NCBI GenBank assembly: GCA_963789265.1
Contig: CAWBKB010000007.1
Location: 384,001-448,000, forward strand
Direction: 5' to 3'
DNA: 64,000 nucleotides
From: an uncultured delta proteobacterium
GTDB taxonomy: Bacteria; Desulfobacterota; Desulfomonilia; Desulfomonilales; Desulfomonilaceae
Position 1 is the stretch's first letter. Each line of letters opens with the position of its first letter. The translations under genes were made by a program, and so were the position numbers. Under the pieces are notes generated by a model. The model was not told where the DNA came from, did no database searches, and was given only the letters and a program-made list of their open reading frames with translations. This document shows positions 11,215 to 22,228 of the stretch, one piece after another.

Positions 11215-11783
11215 GGTTTGAAACCCGCCCTTACACGCCTAATTCCGATTCGCTTTCAAACTAATGACAACGTATCTAGCGGGACAGTCCCGCCCAGACG
11301 GGATTGCCGGCGGCAATGCCTGCGTACGCGGGCATCAGGACCGGCCTTCCCGCGAGATCCAGGGTCGTTGATTGGCCGCCGGCGGGGACGCCGGTGCTAC
11401 TCCGCGGATTGGAGTACCAGGTGATGAATGGCGTGCAGTCCCGCGTTCCGCCCGAGATGCTCCACCATATCTTGTCCAGGATTGGCTACTTGACGGCGCA
11501 TTAGTATCAAATCGCGTCTGAAGAAGCCCGTGCCCTCTCGTACGAAGTTCCCTTAGTAATTGCCCGCCTGCTGCAACGAGAAACGTTGGGGTCGTCATCC
11601 GCTTAAAACCGGTGGCCGGCGTTACCTAGTGGGTTGTCTCCCGCCGCCTCTGCGCTCTTCACAAGAGACTGCGGTCTGAAATTGCTTAATGTATTACTTT
11701 AATTATTGACAATAGCTAACTGGTATGCTTTATTAATTCCGTTGCTTGGCAACGTCATCCACTAGTATGCGGGAGGAGTTCGC

Positions 11784-11963
11784 ATGCCTCATTCACACAA
11801 TATTGACTATTACATCGGACACATGAACGATGAATCCCTGGCGGACGCGCTGGCAGATTTTGAAGACCCGCTGGAGGGCCGGTCTGCCGAGATGTTATCC
11901 TCCCTGGACCTGGAAGACGATTTTGGCGAGGACGAGATCTCAATCGATTACGATGACTTTTGA
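11784..11963 (+). CDS. Small, highly acidic 59-aa protein (not in ORF track)
   Basis: GGAGGAG RBS; 19 of 59 residues D/E, one R, no K; AT-rich upstream region containing TTGACA. Confidence 0.65.
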   Translation: MPHSHNIDYYIGHMNDESLADALADFEDPLEGRSAEMLSSLDLEDDFGEDEISIDYDDF

Positions 11964-12136
11964 TCCTCCCCACTCCCTCCATACGCGCTCACGGCCGAAG
12001 AAAAGGGTCCTCTTCGGCCGTTTCCATTTTGAAAGGGCTGCCTTTCCCGAATGCGTCTTCTTCCTTGCCAATCCGGTTCAACGCTGAGTATTTCGATTTG
12101 TTCACGACGGTCTTATTTGCTTCCCCAGGAGGGATC

Positions 12137-12955
12137 TCAATTGGACAGCTTACCCGCGTTGTAGGCTTTGATATACTCCAAACAAAACCTGTCCTTGTTA
12201 ACTAGTGCCTCGGATGCGTAAATGAGTGCCATGAGTTGATTGTCCAGCGGATCGGCAATCACGGCATCGAGACCGTGGGCCATGCTCATAACCGCAAAGG
12301 CTCGGTTCAAGTGACGGCGTTCGGGAAGGCCGAACGACACGTTACTCAATCCGCTTACGAAGTGGAGACCCGGAAGTCTGTGTGACAGCTCGCGCATCAC
12401 TTCCAGCGTCTGGATCACTGTTTCCGAGCTTGTTGCCAGAGTCCGGACCAGGGGATCCAGGTAAATGTCGTCCAGAAGAATTCCATCCTTTACCAAACGG
12501 CCCACCAGAGATTCGCCGACTTCGATCGCCAATTCTTCGGACGATGGCAAGCCCCTGTCATCATTGCACAACGCAATGACTCGTGCATTGTACTGCTTGA
12601 CCAGAGGCAAGACGCTGCTGTATCGGTCAGCTTCCCCGCTGATCGAGTTGATCATGGGTCTTCCTATATGTGCGGCAAGACCCGCGGCCAGGGCCTCCGA
12701 GTTCGCACTGTCGATGCACAAAGGCAGATCGGACACCTCCTGGACGGTCTTAACGAGCCACCTCATGGTCTCAGGCTCTTCCGTTGCCGGGACTGTTCCG
12801 CAGTTGACGTCCAAGGCGTGCGCGCCCGCGGCCTCCTGGGCTTTAGCCACGTCTTGAATATGTGTTGCATCTCTCTCTTTTACAGCAGTCTTTATGCTCT
12901 TGCGCGTTGCATTTATTTTCTCACCAATAACAAACATCTTCTTTCCGAGGATCAA
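12137..12955 (-). CDS. Methyltetrahydrofolate:corrinoid methyltransferase (pterin-binding, AcsE/MT2-like)
   Basis: IGEKINATRK, LDVNCG, CIDS, INSISGE, DPLV, GLSNVSFGLPER. Confidence 0.9.
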   Translation of the reverse strand: MILGKKMFVIGEKINATRKSIKTAVKERDATHIQDVAKAQEAAGAHALDVNCGTVPATEEPETMRWLVKTVQEVSDLPLCIDSANSEALAAGLAAHIGRPMINSISGEADRYSSVLPLVKQYNARVIALCNDDRGLPSSEELAIEVGESLVGRLVKDGILLDDIYLDPLVRTLATSSETVIQTLEVMRELSHRLPGLHFVSGLSNVSFGLPERRHLNRAFAVMSMAHGLDAVIADPLDNQLMALIYASEALVNKDRFCLEYIKAYNAGKLSN

Positions 12956-12963
12956 AGGTGGAA

Positions 12964-13590
12964 TTAGGAATAAATCTCTTTACACAAATTCACGCCTACT
13001 ATGGCATCCTTTGCATAATAGTCGGCCCCGGCATATTCGCGCACCTGCTCATTGACCGGGGTTCCGCCAACGATAACTTTGACTTGATCCCGCAAACCCG
13101 CCGCGGCGACAGCGTCCACCACCTCCTTCATCGCGGGATAGGTGAAGTTCAAAAGCGCGCTCATTCCCAGGACTTTTGCTCCAGACTCTTTCACAGATTG
13201 AACAAATTTCTCGGCCGAGACATCCACTCCCAGATCGATGACGTCAAAACCTGCTCCTTTCAGCAGCGTGACGACGATATTCTTGCCTATATCGTGGATG
13301 TCTCCCTTCACCGTTCCGATGACAACTTTCCCGCCGGCGGCCTGTTCCGTTTGAATACCGGCCAGCAGCGGATCGAGTTTCTTCATGACCTGCTTCAGGA
13401 TTTCCGCTGAAAAAATGAGCTGGCTTATGAAGTACTTTCCCTCGGAGAAAAGTTCGCCGACCCGAATCATCCCGGCATTGCATTCTTGTACAATGTTGAG
13501 TGGGCCTGCCCCTTCATTGATCTTCCGATCGACAAGGTCGTACACCTTTTTTTCGTCGAGACCGGCCAGTGCCTGAGCAAGATCTCCCAT
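12964..13590 (-). CDS. Corrinoid (B12-binding) protein
   Basis: GTVKGDIHDIGKNIV, DLGVDV, GMSALL; GGAGG RBS before MGDLA. Confidence 0.93.
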   Translation of the reverse strand: MGDLAQALAGLDEKKVYDLVDRKINEGAGPLNIVQECNAGMIRVGELFSEGKYFISQLIFSAEILKQVMKKLDPLLAGIQTEQAAGGKVVIGTVKGDIHDIGKNIVVTLLKGAGFDVIDLGVDVSAEKFVQSVKESGAKVLGMSALLNFTYPAMKEVVDAVAAAGLRDQVKVIVGGTPVNEQVREYAGADYYAKDAIVGVNLCKEIYS

Positions 13591-13607
13591 TGCAGTCGCC
13601 TCCTGTC

Positions 13608-14975
13608 CTAAAGTGTCCATTGCCAAATAAACGTGTGGGCCATGGCCTCGAGTTGCTCCCAGTTCTTCTTGATAAGGTTTTCGTCCCCCGAAATCTGCCC
13701 AAGCTCCGCCTTCTTGACTTCCCAGGGGGTCAGAACCTTGCGCGGCTTCAAGGCTTCCGCTTTGGTTGTGGTCGGAGCCGGCTTTGGCTTGGCTTTGATC
13801 GCCTTGTTATGCCATCCATAGTCCATAACCGTGTCAATCATGGCTCTGAAGTTCTCGGGCTTGGTGTCGTACGGAAAGTTACATCCCGCGCTGATGATGT
13901 ATCCGCCACCTTTGCCGGCCCGCTCGCACAATTCTCGTACATGTGCTCTGACCCGATCTGGCGTGCCAAGAATCAGCATTGAGTCCTGAACTCCTCCTGC
14001 CACGCACTGGTAACCCTCCAGGTCTTTCTTCGCTTGGAAAATATCTCCCTGAGTATCGATGTCGCAGAGCACCCTTCCCTTAGGCATCTCTCGCATGTGG
14101 TGCCAGTGATTCCTCCAATCGCCTTCGAGGTATGCTCTGATGCTGTAACCGGAGTCGATGATGATTTCCATTACCTTCTTGAACGAAGGCCAATAAAACG
14201 TGTCAAATTGATCTGGAGACATAAAAATTGCTTTGTGAGTCGGGATAAATATCGGGTAGCGTTTCAGCGGATCACCCAGCGAAAGGGCCAAGTGGGCCAT
14301 TTCCTGCACGAGGACATCACAGGCAGCCAAAACTTTCTCCGGCCGGCGGAACATGTCCAGAAAAGTGGCGGTCATACCCCTCATTGCATCGGCAAGAGCG
14401 TCGAAAGGCGCCAGGAAGAATCCGGCCATTGGTTGGGGCATCCCGCATTTTTGCTCTAGGACCATCCCGCGATTCCTCATTATCCCGCCCATCATCATCT
14501 GAGCGAAACCTGCTTTGAGCATCGCAACGTACGAGCGGCCTGTCCCTCGATTTGCCAATTCGCCCAGAATTCGAGGCAATAGGATGTCGATCATGAAGCC
14601 CGTAGGATCGTTGATCAGATCGTCATACTCATCTTCCTTCATGTAATCCTTTTCGACGAACTGGAACTGCGTGTCGGGCGAAAGCTCCCTGCCCGGAAGT
14701 TTGTATGTCTTTACATCCAATGCATCATAAAGGGGTCCATAGATCCGGTTGTCCCTTAATACGTCAACTTCCGGAAAGTCTTGGGAGAACTTGATTTCCG
14801 CCTGAAGCCATTTTTCCGGATCGTCGATTGTCTCTTGCTTGGTGTTTCCCGAATAGACTTCCGCAAAATAATTGCTGCCCGTGGCAATGGGAATGCGGTC
14901 GTGGGGCTCCAGCGATATTGCCGCATGATAACGGCCCAGTCTTTCCTCAAAAAGTTGCCTCAATTCCTCGGGCAT
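13608..14975 (-). CDS. Uroporphyrinogen decarboxylase-family corrinoid methyltransferase (substrate-specific MT1-like)
   Basis: EPHDRIP, FMSPDQFDTFYWPS, LILGTPDRV, GGGYIISAGC, TKPENFRAM; adjacent to corrinoid protein and MT2. Confidence 0.85.
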   Translation of the reverse strand: MPEELRQLFEERLGRYHAAISLEPHDRIPIATGSNYFAEVYSGNTKQETIDDPEKWLQAEIKFSQDFPEVDVLRDNRIYGPLYDALDVKTYKLPGRELSPDTQFQFVEKDYMKEDEYDDLINDPTGFMIDILLPRILGELANRGTGRSYVAMLKAGFAQMMMGGIMRNRGMVLEQKCGMPQPMAGFFLAPFDALADAMRGMTATFLDMFRRPEKVLAACDVLVQEMAHLALSLGDPLKRYPIFIPTHKAIFMSPDQFDTFYWPSFKKVMEIIIDSGYSIRAYLEGDWRNHWHHMREMPKGRVLCDIDTQGDIFQAKKDLEGYQCVAGGVQDSMLILGTPDRVRAHVRELCERAGKGGGYIISAGCNFPYDTKPENFRAMIDTVMDYGWHNKAIKAKPKPAPTTTKAEALKPRKVLTPWEVKKAELGQISGDENLIKKNWEQLEAMAHTFIWQWTL

Positions 14976-15017
14976 GTCGACCTCCACCATAGTGTTACAC
15001 TTTGTCAGCCGAGGATT

Positions 15018-15064
15018 GTAGGGGCGACCGGTGGTCGCCCTGGGCGAATGCCATTCGCCCCTAC
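15018..15064. repeat. GTAG-tagged REP doublet
   Basis: GTAGGGGCGACCGGTGGTCGCCCT-GGGCGAATGCCATTCGCCCCTAC; near-identical copy at 28890-28936, related copy at 57149-57175. Confidence 0.75.
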
Positions 15065-15213
15065 AACATCCCGCTAGTAAAAGGACATCGTTTATGGCAA
15101 TTACTCTAATTGGAAATTCGCGAACTTCCCGTCGACAATGGATGGGGCGGATTATTGCGCGTTAAGTAAACTCCGCCCCATGACAATCAGCCGCGACCGG
15201 TTATCACCAATTA

Positions 15214-15696
15214 TCAGTAAATGCCGGGATAAGGCGGGGTCTCAAGGTCTTTCCAGCTTTTCCCCAGTGTCTTTTCGAAAAAGGACCCGAGGCGCTCGAA
15301 AAGCTTGGACCAGTGGGTTCGCCCCTGTTCAAGTTCTCCCAGAATTTCGGCCACGATTTCGGGCAACCTGTGCAACTCCTCTTTGGGCAAAAAGGAAACG
15401 GCGCCCTCTCTGATAGCTCGATTCACACTCTCCACGCTGATCGCTTTGGAGGTAAGCATCGCGGCAGGCAAATGTTGCTCACGGCAAGCTTCAAGCAATT
15501 TAAAGCCGTTCACGCCCATAATGTCCAGGATCACAAGATCGAAGACGTTTTCCCTGATCAGTTCGAGACCGCCATCGAAGTCCTGCGCAGTCATTACAAG
15601 AGAAGCGGGGAATCCTTCCTTGATGACTTCGAGCACATCGGGCTCGTCATCCACTGCCAGGAACTTCCTGCCATCCAAAATGCTTTCATCGAACAT
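15214..15696 (-). CDS. Single-domain response regulator (receiver)
   Basis: LAVDDEPD, DLVILDIMGVNG, MLT, FLPK. Confidence 0.85.
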   Translation of the reverse strand: MFDESILDGRKFLAVDDEPDVLEVIKEGFPASLVMTAQDFDGGLELIRENVFDLVILDIMGVNGFKLLEACREQHLPAAMLTSKAISVESVNRAIREGAVSFLPKEELHRLPEIVAEILGELEQGRTHWSKLFERLGSFFEKTLGKSWKDLETPPYPGIY

Positions 15697-15823
15697 AACA
15701 TTTGCTCCTTCGGCACAAACTCTTCTCGACGAAAATGGATTTGAACGATATCAGCCGCTTACGATAAAGAAGTAGATTTGTCGCCAGCCCCCCGGCAAAG
15801 ACCCGAGCCTATACATAAGAAAT

Positions 15824-17020
15824 TTATGCTCTTGTTTTCGTTGGGTCCACCGGCAACATCAGCAAAATTCCTATGATCGGCCCTGCTGCCAAGATCCACC
15901 ATACCGAGGAAAAAGACCCGGTATAATCGATTGTCCAGCCAAGGATGAACGGGCCAATCATTGACGCCAGTTGGAATATGACATTGGTTGTGCCGTTCGC
16001 TGTGGCAGCCCATTCTTTTCCGGCGAAGGCCGATATGAGAACCGTTAACTGCGGATTGGCACTAAATGCAAAGAATCCTGTCAAAAAACCGAGAGCCACG
16101 AGCATTGACATCGAATGCTGGTACCCGAAAATTATCGTGGCAGGGGCCGCCAACAGGTACGCAAAAATAATTAACCACTTGCGTTGGCCGGTCCAATCAG
16201 AAACGAACCCTGAAATCAAAGGAGCGATGACACCGCCGATCCCGTAAAACGTCATGACCAGACCTGCCTGAGCGATTGAAAAGCCCAGCTTTTTAATGTA
16301 CATGTTAGCCCACGTCACAGTCCCCAGTTCCAACCACATCAGACAAAAGCCGGCAAGCGCTGTCAAAATTAACCCTTGGCTCGCGGCTATCACCTTGAAT
16401 CCACCGAACAAGGTTTTGGTTCCGGCCTTGACCGTCCCGGTTGATCGCATCATGACCAAAACCAATATGCCCGCGGTTATTGTAAGTAAACCAACGGATT
16501 TGAATGCTCCGTGCCAGCCCACCAGCGCGTTGAGCGGGGGGATAAACAGATTTGTTAGCAGGATGCCCCCGGACGGCGCAGCAAGAAAAACCCCGAAAGC
16601 AATTCCCCGTTCCCGGGCGGGGAACCATTCCATAATGGCCAAGGAACAGGAGGAAAATACCGCGCCTGCTCCTAGGCCCGAGATAATTCTGAGAATAAAC
16701 CCCGTGTCGTACGTGGTGATGAACCCGAACGCGCATGTCGATAAACCTTCCAGCAAAAGGCTCGCGCCTAAAATAAACCTGACCCCGAACCGGTCAGCCA
16801 GTACGCCCGCCGGGATCTGCGTTATCACATAGCCAATGTAAAACGCGCTCATGTAGGCCCCGGCCTGGCTCATACTTATCTTCAAGACAGGGACTACTAC
16901 AGGGATAAGAGGCGGCCACGTGAACCTTGTTATGAACGTGAATAAGAAACAGGCTGCTACGAGTGCCAAAATCACCCACCGGTACGGGGCGAACTGAGCT
17001 TCTTCATGCCAGCTATCCAT
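15824..17020 (-). CDS. MFS transporter
   Basis: GVLADRFGVR motif A, about 12 hydrophobic segments, WFPARERG. Confidence 0.9.
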   Translation of the reverse strand: MDSWHEEAQFAPYRWVILALVAACFLFTFITRFTWPPLIPVVVPVLKISMSQAGAYMSAFYIGYVITQIPAGVLADRFGVRFILGASLLLEGLSTCAFGFITTYDTGFILRIISGLGAGAVFSSCSLAIMEWFPARERGIAFGVFLAAPSGGILLTNLFIPPLNALVGWHGAFKSVGLLTITAGILVLVMMRSTGTVKAGTKTLFGGFKVIAASQGLILTALAGFCLMWLELGTVTWANMYIKKLGFSIAQAGLVMTFYGIGGVIAPLISGFVSDWTGQRKWLIIFAYLLAAPATIIFGYQHSMSMLVALGFLTGFFAFSANPQLTVLISAFAGKEWAATANGTTNVIFQLASMIGPFILGWTIDYTGSFSSVWWILAAGPIIGILLMLPVDPTKTRA

Positions 17021-17178
17021 TGTCGGACCTCCTCTACCTTCGACCGCAGCAGATTTTTTGCCGGAAATAGAACCCAGGGTAACGTCTCCACAACAGCTTT
17101 GTCATGATCCCATTTTGGAAGATTTTGATTGACCTTTTTTGTGCAGGAAACAGATCTTGGTATTCGGTCGCGGATCCC

Positions 17179-17379
17179 CTATGCCTCGTTGATCTCGACG
17201 AGATCCGATGTCCCGAATCTCATTACATACGTGGTGGCGAGCAAGGTTCGGGCATTCCTTGCTATGGAAGGCACTGATCCAGCGAGAGCTTCTATTTCCT
17301 GCGCCAACTCTTCGATCTTTTCAACCCTGGAACTGACTTCTTTCAACAGTTTCTCGTCGGGAAATTCCATCCGATTCAC
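17179..17379 (-). CDS. Small hypothetical protein coupled to the CoA ligase gene
   Basis: Overlaps the ligase stop codon; helical composition; RBS-like GGAGG/GAGG upstream. Confidence 0.65.
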   Translation of the reverse strand: MNRMEFPDEKLLKEVSSRVEKIEELAQEIEALAGSVPSIARNARTLLATTYVMRFGTSDLVEINEA

Positions 17380-18705
17380 CTCTCTGCCTCCTTTCTGAGG
17401 TCAACATACCTCTTTGCCTTGAGCGTATGTCGCGGTAACTCGCCAGGAGATACCGGATCGATTACGAATCGCAAATTGGTCTTTGTCTTCAACCTGTGGA
17501 AGAGGTTTTGACAGAGGCCCTTGACCTCGTCCTGACCCAACTGCTCCTGCGGTTCCACTTTCAAGCTAATTTCATCCATTATCCCGTTATTATTAACGAA
17601 AATCATGTACTCCGTAATTTCGGGAAATTCAGCCCTAACCACTTCCTCTACTGTAACAGGGCTGAAGAGCACTCCCCGAATTTTGGTCAGATGGTCGATC
17701 CTCCCGGAAACCTCATGAATCATTGCCGAGGTTCGGCCGCACGGACAATCATCCTTCCCCTTCCTGACTATATCCTTCGTATTGAATCTGATCAACGGAA
17801 AAGACCGTCTCCCCAGAGGCGTGACTACAGCAACACCCAGTTCCCCTTCTTCAACTTCAGTGCTCTGATTCTCCATGTCGAGAATTTCGACAAGGAAGAA
17901 GGGTTCCATGAGATGTAAGCCCTTGCGTTCAGAGCACATTCCTGCCCAGGCACAAGGTTCCGTGCCGCCGATGTGATCGTAAACTTCAGCACCCCAAGCC
18001 GCTTCCAATCGTTTTCGTGTCGCCTGAGGGAGCGGTTCGCCGGCACACATCATTCTTTCGATTCCGAGGTCTCGAGGATTCAAGCCCATTTTTTGCGCCT
18101 CTTCCGCCATGTGGAGACCGTAACTTGGAGTATTCAATAGCGCTGTCGCCCGGACCTCACGAATCTTGCTTATCCTTGCACGAGTATCGAGTGCACCGCC
18201 CGGGATGACGGTGCAGCCGACCTTTTCGGCAGCGTAGTGCCCTTCCCAAAACGCGACGTAGCACGTTGTACCCGAAAGGGATGAAGACGCGGTCCGTCGG
18301 CCTGAAACCGGCCATCCAAAGAATCTGGCACCATACCTCAACTCGCCATTGCCAACTTTCCACGCTTTCAGGCACATACACGGGCTTGCCGGTCGTGCCG
18401 GAAGTCTGGCGAAAAATCGAGACCGCTTCGTCGGGGACGCCGGCAATAGTGCCGAATGGAAACGGCTTCGTCTCATCCTGAGATTTTCTGAGGTCGTCCT
18501 TGTCTATGAGGGGAAGCTTTCGCACGTCATTCAGGGTCACGATGTCTTCGGGCTCTATATCGCGATAAGTCTCGCGATAAAACTCACTGTTGAGCTTGAC
18601 ATACGAAATAAGCCGTCTCAGGCGCTTGAGTTGAAGGCGGTGGATCTCGTCTCTGGACAAGGTCTCCACATACGGATTCCAGTAGTTGCCGATTTGGTTT
18701 GCCAT
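17376..18705 (-). CDS. Phenylacetate-CoA ligase (PaaK) family aryl-CoA ligase; frameshift near 18261
   Basis: QTSGTTGKP, TPSY, AGEP, YDHIGGTE, FPLIRFNTKD, GRIDHLTKIRG. Confidence 0.88.
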
Positions 18706-19032
18706 TCCGCTTCTCCTTGTTAACGTCCTATCCGATCTTTAGATCGTAGAGTGGAGGTTCCTTCCTGAAGGTCACAATCCCGAAAACGATTTGGTGGCGA
18801 CGGGCATCTTGCCCGTTATTCCCAATAGACAGGCTGGAAGCCTGTCCCACCAATCCAAATTAGGTGACAACCTGCATTGCCTATGACGACTATTCTTTCC
18901 GGAACCACTATAACTCGCCATTCGTTGGATTCTCTGTTCTCGGATCACGCATATTTATCGCAGAGATTTTCCGGGTAGTTCGACCTTGGAGACCTCGATC
19001 TATGACCGATTTGTGAATTTAGTTTGCAAAGG

Positions 19033-19830
19033 TTATCCGGGCGAGAGAAGCGTATTAATCTTAGCAGCGACCTCTTTGAGCAATTCTGAAATCGTGGAGA
19101 GCTTCTCGTCGGATGCCTGAGCCTTCAAACCTGCCGCCCATATAGCTGCGTGCAGGTTCCTGGCTTGGGTATTGATCGGAACCGAGAGCGCCACGATTCC
19201 CTCAATATACTCTTCCAGGTCGTATGCTACGCCTTCCTGTTGCACATCCAAAATGCCCTTCTTAAAGACCTCTGCATCCACAATGCTGTTACGGGTGAAT
19301 TGCTTCAGACCATTTTCGGCGAGAATTCCGTCAAGTGAAGAGTCGGGAAGAAGTGATAAGAGAGCCTTGCCCCCGGCTCCGGCAACAAGGGGCAACTGCA
19401 TGCCCACTTCAGAACTTATTTTGATATCGACTGCGGCATCTACCTTGTCGATTATCACTGCCTTCGGTCCGACCCGGACACCCAGGAAAGTCGAGAAGCC
19501 GGAGGCTGTGCTGATTTCCTCTAAAAAAGGATGGACCACGCTAATCAGTTCTGCTCGGGAGCTTGCCACTCTTCCCAGGACATGCAGGCGCGGACCGAAG
19601 GTCAAGTGGCCGTCGCTGCTGTTCTCGAGCACGTGGAGGTCGAGCAGGGTGTGAACGATATTAAAGACAGTGCTTTTATTCAGGCCAAGTCTTTTTGAGA
19701 TTTCGCTTATGCCAAAGGGTTCTTTTGATCTTGCCATAAGTTCAAGAATGTCGAAGCATTTATCGACAGCAGGCACCCTTTTGAAGCGAGAAGCGGCTGG
19801 GCTTTTCATGTGGTTCTCCTGGGAGAACAA
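19033..19830 (-). CDS. IclR family transcriptional regulator
   Basis: VPAVDKCFDILE, HTH LGLNKSTVFNIV, GAGGKALL, FTRNSI, EEYIEGI. Confidence 0.92.
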   Translation of the reverse strand: MFSQENHMKSPAASRFKRVPAVDKCFDILELMARSKEPFGISEISKRLGLNKSTVFNIVHTLLDLHVLENSSDGHLTFGPRLHVLGRVASSRAELISVVHPFLEEISTASGFSTFLGVRVGPKAVIIDKVDAAVDIKISSEVGMQLPLVAGAGGKALLSLLPDSSLDGILAENGLKQFTRNSIVDAEVFKKGILDVQQEGVAYDLEEYIEGIVALSVPINTQARNLHAAIWAAGLKAQASDEKLSTISELLKEVAAKINTLLSPG

Positions 19831-19914
19831 TTATTATCCATAGTGAACAGCCGGCAAAATAATGTCAAGTAAAAAAATCGTGGTCCGGGAAGCCGTCAGT
19901 TACGCAAGAGTTGT

Positions 19915-20731
19915 TATTGCGAGAAGCAAAGCTACCGAACAATCGGCGCCTTCATGCAGCAATCGTCATTCCGGGGCACGCGGTCCCGCGTTCGCGGGAC
20001 AGTAGGACCGGCATCTTGCCGGTCGTCAGTCAGACCGGCCTCAGCTTGCGTAGGATGCGGTGAGCCTCGCCAACGCGAGGGAACCGCATCGGTCGCGGCT
20101 CGGTCATTGAGGGACTCCTCGGCGAGATTTTTCGCGACCGATGCGGTTCATCCCCCGTGCCGCGGGATTCACCACATCCTACACACTCCTCGCAATGACA
20201 GGAAAACGGCATTTGTCCCGCGAAATTAGACTCACTGATACGGATTTTTTTCCCTTGACATAGCGCGAGGTCCTGTTCAAAATAGAGACTAATAGTTTCC
20301 CATAGAGAACACAGGCAGATGCCAACGTGCCTAAAACCGCTCTCAAACAGAGTCCAATGACGAAACAAGAGTTCGCAATCGTGAAACTTTTGCCGTTCAG
20401 AAACCCAGTTGGTAGAACGGCCCAGGCAAATGACAGGCAGGATGCCTGTCCCACCATCACATCCGTCCACTTTACCGGTGGGACAAGCATCCTGCCTGTC
20501 ATTGCGAGCGCAGCGAAGCAATCTTTCTTCTCGTTCCCGGGCTCTGCCTGGGAACGCCTGCCTTCGAGGCTCTGCCTCACCTATGATAATGAAATAAAGC
20601 CAGTTTGCGGGCAGAACCCGCGAGATCTGGATTCCCAGGCGGAGCTTGGGAACCAGAAACCCTAAATCTTCTTGCTGGGACAGGCTTACAGCCTGTCTAT
20701 TAGGAATGACAGGCAAGATGCCTGTCCCACT
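19915..20731. repeat. Mosaic of several REP families between iclR and hcrB
   Basis: GACAGGCAGGATGCCTGTCCCAC copies, GTCATTGCGAGCGCAGCGAAGCAATC, TCCCAGGCGGAGCTTGGGA, GTAGGATGCGGTGAG...CACCACATCCTAC. Confidence 0.75.
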
Positions 20732-20778
20732 GGCAATGGAGCACCATAGATAATCCATCAAGCAAAAGGAGGGAGACT

Positions 20779-21753
20779 GTGAGGTTACCAAAATTCGAAT
20801 ACCGGCGCCCTGAAAGCATACAAGAGGCCTCGGCTATCTTGCTTGAGCAACCCTCAGCCAAGGTGCTGGCAGGCGGAACCGATCTTTTGGTCAACATGAA
20901 ATACAAGGTCGAGACGCCCGCCACAGTCGTAAGCCTCCAGAGTTTGCGCGACCTCGATTATGTCCGGAAGACAAACAGCAGCGTGAAGATCGGCGCGCTC
21001 ACCCCTCTTAAGAAGGTCTACAACGATCCCTTCGTAGCCGAGAAACTACCGGCCCTCGCTACGGCCGCTTCTTCGGTAGGATCGTATCACCATCAAACTA
21101 TGGGCACCATTGGCGGAAACCTGTGCCAGCAGACCAGGTGCAAGTACTTCAATCAATCCAAGTGGTGGCGGAGTTCCAGGGAGATTTGTTTCAAAGCCGG
21201 CGGAGAGATGTGCCACGTAGCCAAGAAGCAGCTAGTCTGCTACTCGACCTACTGCGGTGACGTAGCCCCTGCTCTGCTGGTGCTGAGCGCGGAAGTCATC
21301 TTGTCAGGAAAGAGCGGCTCAAGACAGGTCCCCTTGGAAGATATCTATTCGGGACAAGGGAAAACCCCGCTGAAGCTGGAACCCGGAGAGATCCTCACCG
21401 AGATTGTCATCCCCGTGCAGGCCGCAGAAGGATTTTCCACTTACAAAAAATTCGCCAATAGAGGCAGCATTGATTTCCCGATAGTGGGCGCGGCTTTCTG
21501 GACCTCAAGCAAAACTAAAGAATCGAGGGTGGCTCTCACCGCTGTCGATCGCAAGCCTCTTAGAGCGCGGCAGTTTGAAGATTTCATGAAAGATAAGCAA
21601 CCGGGTGACGAAGTCATCAACGCGGTAGACGGGCTGATAGCCAAAGAAACTAGACTGATGGCATCATCTATTGATTCCCTTTCGCTCAAAAGGAAACTTA
21701 TGGGCCTGTTGGTCAAAAGCGCCATCACCGAGGCCATGGGAGGTTCAAAGTGA
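20779..21753 (+). CDS. hcrB: 4-hydroxybenzoyl-CoA reductase-like beta subunit (FAD, with Fe-S insertion)
   Basis: LAGGTDLL, GTIGGNLC plus the Cys insertion CQQTRC..YFNQSKWWR..CFKAGGEMCHV..C characteristic of HcrB. Confidence 0.8.
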   Translation: MRLPKFEYRRPESIQEASAILLEQPSAKVLAGGTDLLVNMKYKVETPATVVSLQSLRDLDYVRKTNSSVKIGALTPLKKVYNDPFVAEKLPALATAASSVGSYHHQTMGTIGGNLCQQTRCKYFNQSKWWRSSREICFKAGGEMCHVAKKQLVCYSTYCGDVAPALLVLSAEVILSGKSGSRQVPLEDIYSGQGKTPLKLEPGEILTEIVIPVQAAEGFSTYKKFANRGSIDFPIVGAAFWTSSKTKESRVALTAVDRKPLRARQFEDFMKDKQPGDEVINAVDGLIAKETRLMASSIDSLSLKRKLMGLLVKSAITEAMGGSK

Positions 21754-22222
21754 AGCAAGGTATCGCCTTGAAGGTTAACGGGGACGTGTACCGAGGTCCT
21801 TATTTCTCCGAACCAGACTCTTCTCGAGGTCCTTCGGGACAAGCTGGGGCTCATGGGGACAAAGAGAGGTTGCGATCTAGGTGCCTGTGGTGCGTGTACA
21901 GGTACTGATAAACGGCGAAGCCTATCTATCGTGCCTCCTGCTGGCAATGGACGCGCAGGACAAGGAGATCGTCACCATCGAGGGCCTGAGTGGAAACGGT
22001 GAACTCCATCCGCTGCAGAAATCATTTGTCGAAGTTGGGGGTTTGCAGTGCGGCTTTTGCACACCGGGCATGATTATGACCGCCAAGGCCGTACTGGATG
22101 AGGACCCCAACCCCACCGAGGAAAGCATCAAGAAGAAGATGGCGGGCAATCTCTGTCGGTGTACCGGGTACAAGAAGATTGTGGAAGCGGTCATGGCCGT
22201 ACCCGGCGAAAAGGAGGTGTAG
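21750..22222 (+). CDS. hcrC: 2x[2Fe-2S] subunit of an XDH-family enzyme; frameshift near 21901
   Basis: GTG start overlapping the hcrB stop; GTKRGCDLGACGACT(V)L, QCGFCTPG, GNLCRCTGY. Confidence 0.78.
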
Positions 22223-22228
22223 AAACAG

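Noticed and set aside
19954..20791. Several ORFs of 60-250 aa between iclR and hcrB
   Set aside because: They consist of REP translations (GTGILPV, GQASCL, CHCEE) with no protein motifs.
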